Origin: Promethearchaeota archaeon
Lineage (GTDB): Archaea; Asgardarchaeota; Lokiarchaeia; Sigyniarchaeales; SOKP01
Assembly (NCBI GenBank): GCA_048938445.1
Contig: JBHLME010000103.1
Location: forward strand, 1 to 16,269
Length of the DNA: 16,269 nt
Reading direction: 5' to 3'
Shown: piece by piece, positions 8,481 to 16,269 of the stretch
How positions within the stretch are numbered: position 1 is the stretch's first letter
How the letters are laid out: the number at the start of each line of letters is the position of its first letter
Program-made: the position numbers and the translations under genes
Notes under the pieces: generated by a model
What the model was told of the DNA's origin: nothing
The model's database searches: none
What the model saw: the letters and a program-made list of their open reading frames with translations, nothing else

Positions 8481-8972
8481 TTAGATAATAAAAACACTAT
8501 CTCCATCTTTAAGAACGATTTTATTATCATAGCAAGGTTTTCCGTTAACCATAATTCTCAAATTATTTTTTTCATTAGAAATTTTATATTTTTTTAGTAT
8601 TGATGCGACAGTACTCCCTTCTGGTATTTCTATCACTGATTCATCTAAACTATATCCTTTTAAATCACCTTCCAGCTTGATATTAACAGAGATATATTTG
8701 TCCACGGCAATCTCCAAGAATATTAATGCCATTCTTTTAGGGAATAATCCAACTCTGTCTCCATTTTTAACTTTTCTCCCAAGTTCAGAATATTTTCCAT
8801 TGACAAATATATGACTAATTTCGCTCTCTCTTATGTCTAGCTTCTTGATAATATCTGATACAATTTCAATTGAATCATCTTTGATATTAAGTGTCATTGG
8901 AGCACCAACATCAATCCTTTTACGTTGTACCTTCTTTTTTAAGTCTCCGTATAATTTTACTTGTAGTGGCAT
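8481..8972 (-). CDS. Tandem double MoaD/ThiS-fold protein, no terminal GG
   Basis: N-half matches 8021-8308, C-half matches 7780-8028. Start placed at ATG 8972 (MPLQVKLYG) by homology, rather than at the TTG at 9020. Confidence 0.82.
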   Translation of the reverse strand: MPLQVKLYGDLKKKVQRKRIDVGAPMTLNIKDDSIEIVSDIIKKLDIRESEISHIFVNGKYSELGRKVKNGDRVGLFPKRMALIFLEIAVDKYISVNIKLEGDLKGYSLDESVIEIPEGSTVASILKKYKISNEKNNLRIMVNGKPCYDNKIVLKDGDSVFII

Positions 8973-9199
8973 TTTCTCTAAGAGTTTTAGTTTTGCATAT
9001 AATAAGCTTTTATTATCCAATTCAACTAAAAAATTAAATCTAAATAAAATCTTTTTTTTTAAAAAATAAATTTCTCAATAAACAATCCTATAAGTGAAAA
9101 TTAATAGCTGAGATAAGAACATAAAAAATAAAAAAAAGTGTAAATTTTGAATTAGTATTTCATAGTATCAAATTGATGGGATTAATCTTAAAAGGATTT

Positions 9200-10936
9200 T
9201 TAACCTTCGAAAACTTTATCTAATTCTTCATCAGGCACGTTGAATACTTCATTGGATGGTGGAAGTTTCTCTTTCCTTAAAAATTCTGGAAGTCTATCAT
9301 GCTCTTTAGTAATACCTGCTTTTTTATTAAATTCTCTTTCCATTTCAAGGATTTGCATTCCAATTTTTCCTATATCATCAACTGTTAAATTTGTACCTAA
9401 TACCCCATTAACAGATTCAACCATTCCAACTAAAGCTTCAGGAATGTCAAGAACTGCGAAGGCAGTAAAAAGACAATATCCTGTAGAATCGACTACCGCT
9501 GTAGCTGCTTGTAAATTTCGAGATAATTCAGATTTCTTAGGGTCTCGAGGATCTGCTTGACCTCCAACTCCCATAATTTCTGTGGCAATAGCATAACCAG
9601 CGGTGTGATCTGCCCCCATAGGAGTGGTTGCATAGGTTACTCCTATACCTTTAATAGCTCGTGGATCATAGGCGGGTAATCCTTGATTTTTAACAACAGG
9701 AACCCTTGATACTCCAAAAGCTTTACCAGTGAAGCCTGTGCCATTCGCTAATATCCGGCCCGTTGCAGTCTTATTACGAACCTCATCCATTAATTTTAAA
9801 GCACCCTTTCCATCTCCAAACTTAGCTAATCCACCTTCCATCGCAACTGCAATTGTATCTCCTGCTTCAATTGTATCTAAACCTAAATCATTACAAGCTC
9901 TATTAAGTTCACCGACGATATCTAAGTCATATATGCCGCAATTTGGACCTAAAGCCCATACAGATTCATATTCTAAAACTCCTACAGGATCTTTTCCACC
10001 AGGTTTGGTCCATACTTCAGAACATTGGATTATACATCCTGGACTGCATGGATGGGGGCGAGCTCCACCTCGCTTCTTTATTTCTTCTGCTTTTTTCTCA
10101 CCTGAAACATTTGATGATCTATCATCCTGTCCAGCAGAAAAATTTCGCTGAGGTAAGCCCTGTGCCTCATTTATAATGTTAATTAATACATCTGTTCCAT
10201 ATGATGCAAGCGCTCCATCTGGTTTCGTAACATCATGGGACATGAGTCCATCACGGAGCTTTTTTGTACCTGCTTTAAATCTCTCTTGATCAGCAATTTC
10301 AACTCCCGGGGCACCAGTTTCATCTACGACAATAAATTTTAATCCTTTTGAGGCCATTACAGCCCCAAGACCTCCTCTTCCGGCATATCTACTTGGACGC
10401 CCTTCAAGATCATTAAAGCAAACTCCAGAGGCTGCTCCTAATAATTCTCCTGCAATTCCAGTAGCGCTGATACCTACTTTCTCGCCAAATTCCTTATACA
10501 ATTGTTCGTATGCTTTATAGAGACCTATTCCGGACCACTTATTAGCATTTATCAATTCTGCTCCGTCATTAGTAACTTTTAGCAGATAATAATCATCACC
10601 TTTCTTTTGACCCTCTATTATTATCGCAGCAATCCTTAATCTACCAAGCAACTGAGAAAAACTAGTACCAGCATTAGCTTCTTTTATTCCTCCCGTTAAT
10701 GGAGATTTACTACCAACAGAAAGTCTACCAGATGTTGGAGCAATAGAGCCAGTTACAATACCAGGTGCAAATACAATCTTATTGTTAGGTCCCAATGGAT
10801 GACAATCAGGAGGTACTTCTTTTGACACAATAGTTGAAGTAAGAGCTCGACCACCTAATGCCCTATATTCATCAGGAAAATTTTCAAATTTAGCTTCAAG
10901 TTTGCTCATATCTATTCTTAAAATTTTTTTAGGCAA
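9200..10936 (-). CDS. aor: Tungstopterin aldehyde:ferredoxin oxidoreductase (AOR family)
   Basis: SKSPLTGGIKEANAG, AGRGGLGAVMASKGLK, CSPGCIIQC (4Fe-4S), EYE, DLGLDTI, DSTGYCLF. The GTG at 10945 is part of an AGGTGA RBS, so TTG at 10936 is the likely start. Confidence 0.93.
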   Translation of the reverse strand: MPKKILRIDMSKLEAKFENFPDEYRALGGRALTSTIVSKEVPPDCHPLGPNNKIVFAPGIVTGSIAPTSGRLSVGSKSPLTGGIKEANAGTSFSQLLGRLRIAAIIIEGQKKGDDYYLLKVTNDGAELINANKWSGIGLYKAYEQLYKEFGEKVGISATGIAGELLGAASGVCFNDLEGRPSRYAGRGGLGAVMASKGLKFIVVDETGAPGVEIADQERFKAGTKKLRDGLMSHDVTKPDGALASYGTDVLINIINEAQGLPQRNFSAGQDDRSSNVSGEKKAEEIKKRGGARPHPCSPGCIIQCSEVWTKPGGKDPVGVLEYESVWALGPNCGIYDLDIVGELNRACNDLGLDTIEAGDTIAVAMEGGLAKFGDGKGALKLMDEVRNKTATGRILANGTGFTGKAFGVSRVPVVKNQGLPAYDPRAIKGIGVTYATTPMGADHTAGYAIATEIMGVGGQADPRDPKKSELSRNLQAATAVVDSTGYCLFTAFAVLDIPEALVGMVESVNGVLGTNLTVDDIGKIGMQILEMEREFNKKAGITKEHDRLPEFLRKEKLPPSNEVFNVPDEELDKVFEG

Positions 10937-11034
10937 AAATTTCACCTTCTTTTTTTATTTGATTATTGAAAAAATATAGTCAAATTACAATTGTTATTAC
11001 TTCATATTTAATTATATCTTTAATTAGAATGAAG

Positions 11035-11062
11035 AACGTTATGTATGCAGAAAGATAACGAT
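11035..11062. promoter_or_regulatory. ModE-type operator palindrome upstream of aor
   Basis: AACGTTATGTA-TGCAGA-AAGATAACGAT: perfect CGTTAT-N12-ATAACG inverted repeat, 2 mismatches per half-site to the ModE consensus ATCGNTATATA-N6-TATATANCGAT (recalled, not searched). Confidence 0.65.
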
Positions 11063-11130
11063 AATAATATTATCTATAAGAATGAAAAATTAAATAAATT
11101 CTAATAAGGACTATTAACTCCAATTTTTAT

Positions 11131-11137
11131 AAAAAAA
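11131..11137 (-). terminator. Oligo-T archaeal terminator of the tRNA
   Basis: T7 run on the minus strand starting 4 nt after the discriminator base. Confidence 0.5.
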
Positions 11138-11140
11138 GTA

Positions 11141-11275
11141 CAGGCCCGGAGGGATTTTTTCCCCCTTAAATAAATCTCAAGAGGCTTGAACCCCCGATTT
11201 CTAATCTCCAGTCGATATAACCAGCGATCTTCAGCTTAGGAGGCTGCTGCCTTATCCAAACTGGGCCACGGGCCT
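11141..11275 (-). tRNA. tRNA-Arg(CCT) with two non-canonical introns (11228-11199 and 11185-11156)
   Basis: Spliced 75 nt: AGGCCCG TG GCCC AGTTTGGATA AGGC A GCAGC CT-CCT-AA GCTGA AGATC GGGGG TTCAAAT CCCTC CGGGCCT G. Anticodon at 11240-11238; CCA not encoded. Confidence 0.9.
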
Positions 11276-11348
11276 TTAATGATAATTAAAATAATATAAT
11301 CATATTAAGTCATACTTAAATAAAAATTTAGTCGAACCTCGTTTTATA

Positions 11349-11510
11349 TTAAAGATTCAAAGCGCTTCGGTAATATGCTGTTCCACATTCACCGCAAAAG
11401 TATTTACCTTTAATAATAATTGCCTTTTGAAGAGTAATTTCTTTCTGGCAATTCATAACACAGCATTTCACCATTTTTTTCCTATTCTCAACGTCATTAT
11501 TTTTTGACAT
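11349..11510 (-). CDS. Small (53 aa) zinc-finger protein
   Basis: Not in the ORF track. MSKNNDVENRKKMVKCCVMNCQKEITLQKAIIIKGKYFCGECGTAYYRSALNL*; CC-x3-C-x17-C-x2-C; co-oriented with its neighbours. Confidence 0.75.
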   Translation of the reverse strand: MSKNNDVENRKKMVKCCVMNCQKEITLQKAIIIKGKYFCGECGTAYYRSALNL

Positions 11511-11616
11511 TAAAATCAATTAGCTTTTTACAACAAAGGGATAAAGGAATGGAGCTTTATCTTTAAATTAATATTTATTAAAAATAATTTTAAAAAAGAT
11601 TTTTTTTTTTAATTCT

Positions 11617-12039
11617 CTATTCATTTTTTTTAGCTGTTAAAACTTTGAATCCTATTCCTATGATTTGCGCTACAATTCCAATTTGTGAAGCTCCTTTTAC
11701 TTTTCCTCGCGCCATTTTTCTAAGCCATTTTCCAGTTTTCCAGCCAGCTGCTTTTGACATCGCCTGCATATTCGGAAACTCCCAATAGCCCCACCAATAG
11801 AGGTTCTCTCTCTTTAAATTTTTTTTAGGTTCATTTCTTACTCCTTCGACTGTTATCTTATCATCCTTGACTGTGATTAATGCAGCCCATTTGTCTTCTT
11901 TATTATTTAGTAGAACGCGTGTTTTTACTCCTTTAATAAATTCTTTACATTCTTGAGTATTTTTTGCAGCATCTACTGCTGTAGAAACAAGTTTTGCAAA
12001 ACCTTTGAGCCTTGGTTTTTTTGATTCTTCATCAGACAT
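11617..12039 (-). CDS. Hypothetical protein, possibly SCP2 (sterol carrier)-like fold
   Basis: Clean 140-aa ORF; AALITVKDDKITVEG and ARGKVKG resemble SCP2 strands and the GKxK motif. Weak similarity. Confidence 0.55.
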   Translation of the reverse strand: MSDEESKKPRLKGFAKLVSTAVDAAKNTQECKEFIKGVKTRVLLNNKEDKWAALITVKDDKITVEGVRNEPKKNLKRENLYWWGYWEFPNMQAMSKAAGWKTGKWLRKMARGKVKGASQIGIVAQIIGIGFKVLTAKKNE

Positions 12040-12274
12040 GGTAATTAAATAAAAGATGTTTTATTTATAAATTTACTATTTGGTAATTAATATTTTGACA
12101 TGATATTGAATTTATATAATTTTACTATTTTCTTTAACTTATTAATATTTTTACGAACTTTAATAATATAAAATCTAATAAGGTTTTGATTTAGAAAGGT
12201 TTTAATTTTGAATTGTTTTTTTAATAATTAGTATTTTTTTTATAAAATAATATTTTTTTTAGTGTAATTCAAAT

Positions 12275-12553
12275 ATGGAACGAAAAATTCAACAGAAATC
12301 TCGAAGACCCATTGATTATTTAAAGGATTCTATAAATAAAATCATTTTAATAAAAGTTAAAAGGAACCGACTGTTTAGAGGGAAATTAGCAGGTTTTGAT
12401 GAACATCTAAATTTATATCTTGAGGGAACTTCCCAAATTTTTGAATTTCAAGATGAAGATGGTAATATTAGAGAAGAACATGAAAGCCTAGGTTCAATAG
12501 TAGTGCGGGGGGACAACGTTATTTTTGTTAATCTTGCTGGAAATGAGGAATAG
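12275..12553 (+). CDS. Sm/Lsm family RNA-binding protein (SmAP)
   Basis: RPIDYL, Sm1 motif FRGKLAGFDEHLNLYL, Sm2 motif LGSIVVRGDNVIFV. Confidence 0.93.
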   Translation: MERKIQQKSRRPIDYLKDSINKIILIKVKRNRLFRGKLAGFDEHLNLYLEGTSQIFEFQDEDGNIREEHESLGSIVVRGDNVIFVNLAGNEE

Positions 12554-12906
12554 GCAAGATTTAGGAAAGGAGCATTTTTATTAGGTAGTTAAAACATATT
12601 TTTATATCCATATTCTTTTTTTATTATCAGAAAAATGGAATATTAAAAAAGCGTTATTACAGTTCCTATAAGTATGAGAAAAAGATTAAATTGGAAAAAA
12701 GGAGATATCATGGAAATTGTAAATAAAAATTTGAATATCTTAAAGTTTTTTCATTTTATAAAGAAAAAATTGGTTAAAAATACAAGAGAGATTTCATGAT
12801 ATTCTTTTTATTATTAGTAAAGAAACAGAAATAGTATATTATATATGTAGAATTTATCCTTCTCATATCGATGTTTAAATAAAAAAAAAAAGAGTTAGAG
12901 TTTGAG

Positions 12907-15900
12907 TTATGTCTTAAAATCGCTTATAACTGTATTTAAAACAACTGAGTTACTTAATAAAGCACCGTGTTCCACGTCTAAATATGGATCATGATTAATC
13001 GCACCTGATATTGGGGTTGAACCAGTAGCCACCGTCCCATCCCAATATTTCCCTATCCTCTTTTCCATCCAGTAAAATAATGGGATGGTTACAAAGAAAT
13101 TGATATTAAAATGCGCAAAAAAATGCGCCAATTTATAACAATCATCTATTCCCTTTAAACCTGAATATGTATAATAAGAGATATCATAAGGGGTCTCATC
13201 AAGAAAATTAAGAAAAAGTAAAAAGCCACTAAGAGTTCCCATTTCATACCAGCATGGTAAAGGCAAGCCAAAAAAATTATCAGTATCTAGCATTAATTTA
13301 AATAACCCTAAATTCCAGCTTAAAAAATGACCAAAATTAGCAAACCAAACTCCATGGTTTGGAGTTCCAGCTAAACCAACATGTCTAATTGTTATTCCAT
13401 AAGTTTGTAATACCGGATACCAACACTTTATCATATAACGTACTACTAATCCTCCCATAGAATGGGCGAAAATATCAATGTTATCTTTTAAATCTCCCTT
13501 AATGTGTCTTGCTATAATATATCGTAGTAGTCCTTCCGCAATTGTTGTTATTGATTCGGCGACCCCAACAAAATAATCATCCCAATAAAAAGGGAAATCA
13601 AATTCAGGATCTTTTCCTGTAACATAATTAACAGTCCAAATATTTCCCGCACCATAATATTTAATAAATTGGGGATTATTTATAACTGTATTGAATGCCG
13701 AGCTATGCCCTCCATAACCGTGCACACATATGAGTGATATGTCATGAATCAATACTTCAAATGTTTTAAGTTCAGAATAATACTCATTTCCAGTAATTTT
13801 ACCTGTGCCTTTTAATTGAATTGTATGGTTACCTCTATCGAGAGTACCAATCGAAGTACTATATTGCTTACACAAAATTGATATTTGCTTTTCACTATAT
13901 TCACCTGCTATAAAATCTTGGCCATCTATGCTGTATTCAATATTTTCTAAAAACGTATAAGCGTTGAAAATAAGATCTATGTCATCTCCTTCTTCCGTTA
14001 AAGATACTAAGTCTTCAGGATCTATTATGTTAAACGGAGTGGTTATAAAAGATCTACTTTCAGAAATGTATTCATTTCCATATGAATCAGAGCCATATGC
14101 TTGGATTGTATGAGTACCAATTTCAGATATATTAATTGAAAGATCTAAATTTGTTAACGAATCTCCTTCAATTGCATTGACCTCACCATCTAAGATATAT
14201 CCTAATTCAGACAATTCTACAGGGGCATTAAGTTTGAGATTGAGCTCATCTCCTCCCTTCACTGATTCTCCATCTTGAATTCCTTCAAAATTTATTTCCA
14301 TGTCAAAGTTAAACTCTTTTACCTCTGTTTGATATAAATCTCCTTCTGAATTTCTAGCAAATAGTTGAATTTGATGATTTCCATTTGCAGGAATAGGTAA
14401 CTGCACCATAGCTAGACAGGGATCAATTGGTTGAAATTCAGAAATCTCTACAGGTGTTTGACCATCTATACTAATTAGTGTCGAAATAATATCATCAATA
14501 GTTTCGAATAAAAGATAGAATTTGTAAAAAGCTAAATTCTTGTAGGTCTTTTGTTTTGGCCATATAATGCGAAAATCTCGATTATAATCAACTGAAAATT
14601 GAATTGTACCCGAGGATACAAAATTTCCCTCCGAATCTTTCCCATATGCTTGAAGTTCACAAGGCCCATTTTTGGGCATTGAAATGACAGTATCTCCATG
14701 AACTGAAGTGAATGGTAAAGAATCAAATTCTTCTAAGTTTTCAAAATCTGTTAATTTATAAGCGATCCACTCAAGGTCATAATATGAGTCAAAATCAAGT
14801 AAAAATCCTTCATTCATGCTCCTTCCTTCAAAGTATCCATCAGACCAACTAAAATCAATGGCATCAAAATATGCTCCATTAGAGGTGAAAGATAATTGAC
14901 TAACATTTCCTAGAGCGCCGTATGTATATGTTTGAATTAAAATTGTATCAACATACACTTTTATAAAATCTGCTGCTTCATTAAATTTCAATTTAAAATG
15001 ATACCACGTATTTGCACTAGCTGGAGTAGTGTATCCAAAAAATTCGAAATTCCCCTCAGTAGCTCCTAAAGTTAGTGTTCCACCTAATAATAGATCTTCA
15101 TCAAAATAGAATGAGGTGTGGCTATTAGCTTCAGCTTGAATCCAGAATTCTATTATACCTGAATTTTGATCAGGAAATTCTGTATAACAATTCGATATGA
15201 TACCAGTTTCACCGACAGATAATACTTTTTCATGTCCATCTATAGTGTCAATCACAGCACTTTCGCCTGCTGTATTAAGCCAATTTTCTGGACAAGTTCC
15301 AATCTCATCATTTTCAAATCCATATGTTCCCGGATAATAACCGCTCATTGGTCCCTTAATTTTGTTATTATCTTCTAAAGTTGTAACCTCAATCGAATGA
15401 ATAGGGGGATCTCGCATTTTTTTCAAATATAGATAGGAAATATTTACCTCATCAAACTTTCCCGTAATTGATATGTCAGTAACATTATAGAGTTCAACGG
15501 GTCTAGGTTCATCTTTCATTGTCCCTCTAGTTGAGATATCAAACTCCTTCTCACCATTTACGTTAAGTTGAGCGTTTCCATTTATTGTTTTTCCTTTAAA
15601 ATACAAATAATAATCATCTTCTCCATTTAATAAATTGGTTCCCTCATCATCTTCAAAGTTAAAGTTGACCGTAGACGCTGGACAATATGTTGCTTTTACA
15701 TTGCATATATCTGTTGTAAGAACAATTTGAGAATAAGGTGCAAATACTGGAAAGAAAAATGGTGGAATAAATGGATTAAATATTATAGTTCCAGTAAATG
15801 TTGCCCAACATGCCGAAGCAGCTAATAATCGAAGTTCAACATAACCATCATTACTTACAAAATGGCTTAGTTCGCTATCATATGAGAGTAGATTGTCTTT

Positions 15901-16269
15901 ATTGAAATAATACGGAATACTCCATTGACCGCCGACAATATCATTCAAACCTAATGAACTCAAGGAAACCCATTGGGATTTGTTGTAGTTGTAAATGTAA
16001 ATACTAATAGACGGATTAGCCCTATAATTTAAAATAGCATTAAGAGTTATTTCGATGTCATTTGGTTTCTCATCAGGACATGCATCATTTCTCACATAGA
16101 ATCTAGGTCGATATTCAGCAAATAGCGTATACGCGACCCATCCAGCACATCCAACACTAAAAAGCCTTGAATCTCCACTTGAAGCTGACCATCCTGGGGA
16201 ATATACTACCGGAGTAGTAGGATTATTAGCGCCATATATAGTCGTAGAGTACCAGGGTTTATCTGGATA
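12907..16269 (-). CDS. Large probable surface/secreted protein: beta-sandwich domain, four Ig-like repeats, C-terminal alpha/beta-hydrolase (lipase-like); 5' end outside window
   Basis: The frame is open for 58 more codons from 16095 to the window edge (YPDKPWYS...RPRFY), so the protein is at least 1120 aa. Hydrolase motifs: CVHGYGG, AHSMGG, GTPNHG, WDGTV, VEHGAL. Confidence 0.85.
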   Translation of the reverse strand, partial: YPDKPWYSTTIYGANNPTTPVVYSPGWSASSGDSRLFSVGCAGWVAYTLFAEYRPRFYVRNDACPDEKPNDIEITLNAILNYRANPSISIYIYNYNKSQWVSLSSLGLNDIVGGQWSIPYYFNKDNLLSYDSELSHFVSNDGYVELRLLAASACWATFTGTIIFNPFIPPFFFPVFAPYSQIVLTTDICNVKATYCPASTVNFNFEDDEGTNLLNGEDDYYLYFKGKTINGNAQLNVNGEKEFDISTRGTMKDEPRPVELYNVTDISITGKFDEVNISYLYLKKMRDPPIHSIEVTTLEDNNKIKGPMSGYYPGTYGFENDEIGTCPENWLNTAGESAVIDTIDGHEKVLSVGETGIISNCYTEFPDQNSGIIEFWIQAEANSHTSFYFDEDLLLGGTLTLGATEGNFEFFGYTTPASANTWYHFKLKFNEAADFIKVYVDTILIQTYTYGALGNVSQLSFTSNGAYFDAIDFSWSDGYFEGRSMNEGFLLDFDSYYDLEWIAYKLTDFENLEEFDSLPFTSVHGDTVISMPKNGPCELQAYGKDSEGNFVSSGTIQFSVDYNRDFRIIWPKQKTYKNLAFYKFYLLFETIDDIISTLISIDGQTPVEISEFQPIDPCLAMVQLPIPANGNHQIQLFARNSEGDLYQTEVKEFNFDMEINFEGIQDGESVKGGDELNLKLNAPVELSELGYILDGEVNAIEGDSLTNLDLSINISEIGTHTIQAYGSDSYGNEYISESRSFITTPFNIIDPEDLVSLTEEGDDIDLIFNAYTFLENIEYSIDGQDFIAGEYSEKQISILCKQYSTSIGTLDRGNHTIQLKGTGKITGNEYYSELKTFEVLIHDISLICVHGYGGHSSAFNTVINNPQFIKYYGAGNIWTVNYVTGKDPEFDFPFYWDDYFVGVAESITTIAEGLLRYIIARHIKGDLKDNIDIFAHSMGGLVVRYMIKCWYPVLQTYGITIRHVGLAGTPNHGVWFANFGHFLSWNLGLFKLMLDTDNFFGLPLPCWYEMGTLSGFLLFLNFLDETPYDISYYTYSGLKGIDDCYKLAHFFAHFNINFFVTIPLFYWMEKRIGKYWDGTVATGSTPISGAINHDPYLDVEHGALLSNSVVLNTVISDFKT

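Noticed and set aside
8833-9069. 78-aa + strand ORF
   Set aside because: Antisense to the tandem Ubl gene.
9240-10176. Three + strand ORFs (106, 140, 77 aa)
   Set aside because: Antisense shadows of aor.
11141-11155. tRNA 3' end as an integration (att) site
   Set aside because: No duplicated tRNA fragment or integrase seen in the window.
12072-12151. Short repeated words (TTTACTATTT twice, ATTAATATTTT twice) in the divergent promoter region
   Set aside because: Too short and AT-rich to distinguish from chance; spacing inconsistent.
14532-14726. 64-aa alternate-frame ORF
   Set aside because: Nested in the large surface protein gene.
1-16269. CRISPR array, IS element or rRNA
   Set aside because: No regularly spaced repeats, transposase ORF or rRNA-like sequence seen.

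Overview
AT-rich archaeal chromosomal window, most likely from an Asgard archaeon (Lokiarchaeia-like). The assignment is inferred from the archaeal histone, the Sm protein, a BHB-intron tRNA, AGGTGA/GGAGG ribosome-binding sites with TTG starts, and 7TM-Zn-finger and Ig-repeat proteins. In order it contains: two tandem LeuB/isocitrate-family beta-decarboxylating dehydrogenases (the first runs off the left edge), a GH57 branching enzyme, an archaeal histone, a Cys-rich 'two-CW' protein, a 7-TM protein with a C4C4 RING-like tail, a PAS-only protein, three MoaD/ThiS (ubiquitin-fold) genes behind a tungstopterin aldehyde:ferredoxin oxidoreductase, a tRNA-Arg(CCT), an unannotated 53-aa zinc-finger gene, an SCP2-like hypothetical, an Sm/Lsm protein, and a large Ig-repeat/lipase protein running off the right edge. 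The most notable observations are: (1) the tRNA carries two 30-nt non-canonical introns (45/46 and 58/59); (2) a ModE-type palindrome sits upstream of the AOR-Ubl cluster; (3) that cluster holds a duplicated, fused, GG-less tandem-Ubl copy of its two neighbours; (4) the 7TM protein's RING spacing matches TFIIH p44/Ssl1; (5) a ~100-bp ungapped direct repeat brackets the 7TM-RING gene. All calls are by eye; no searches were run.
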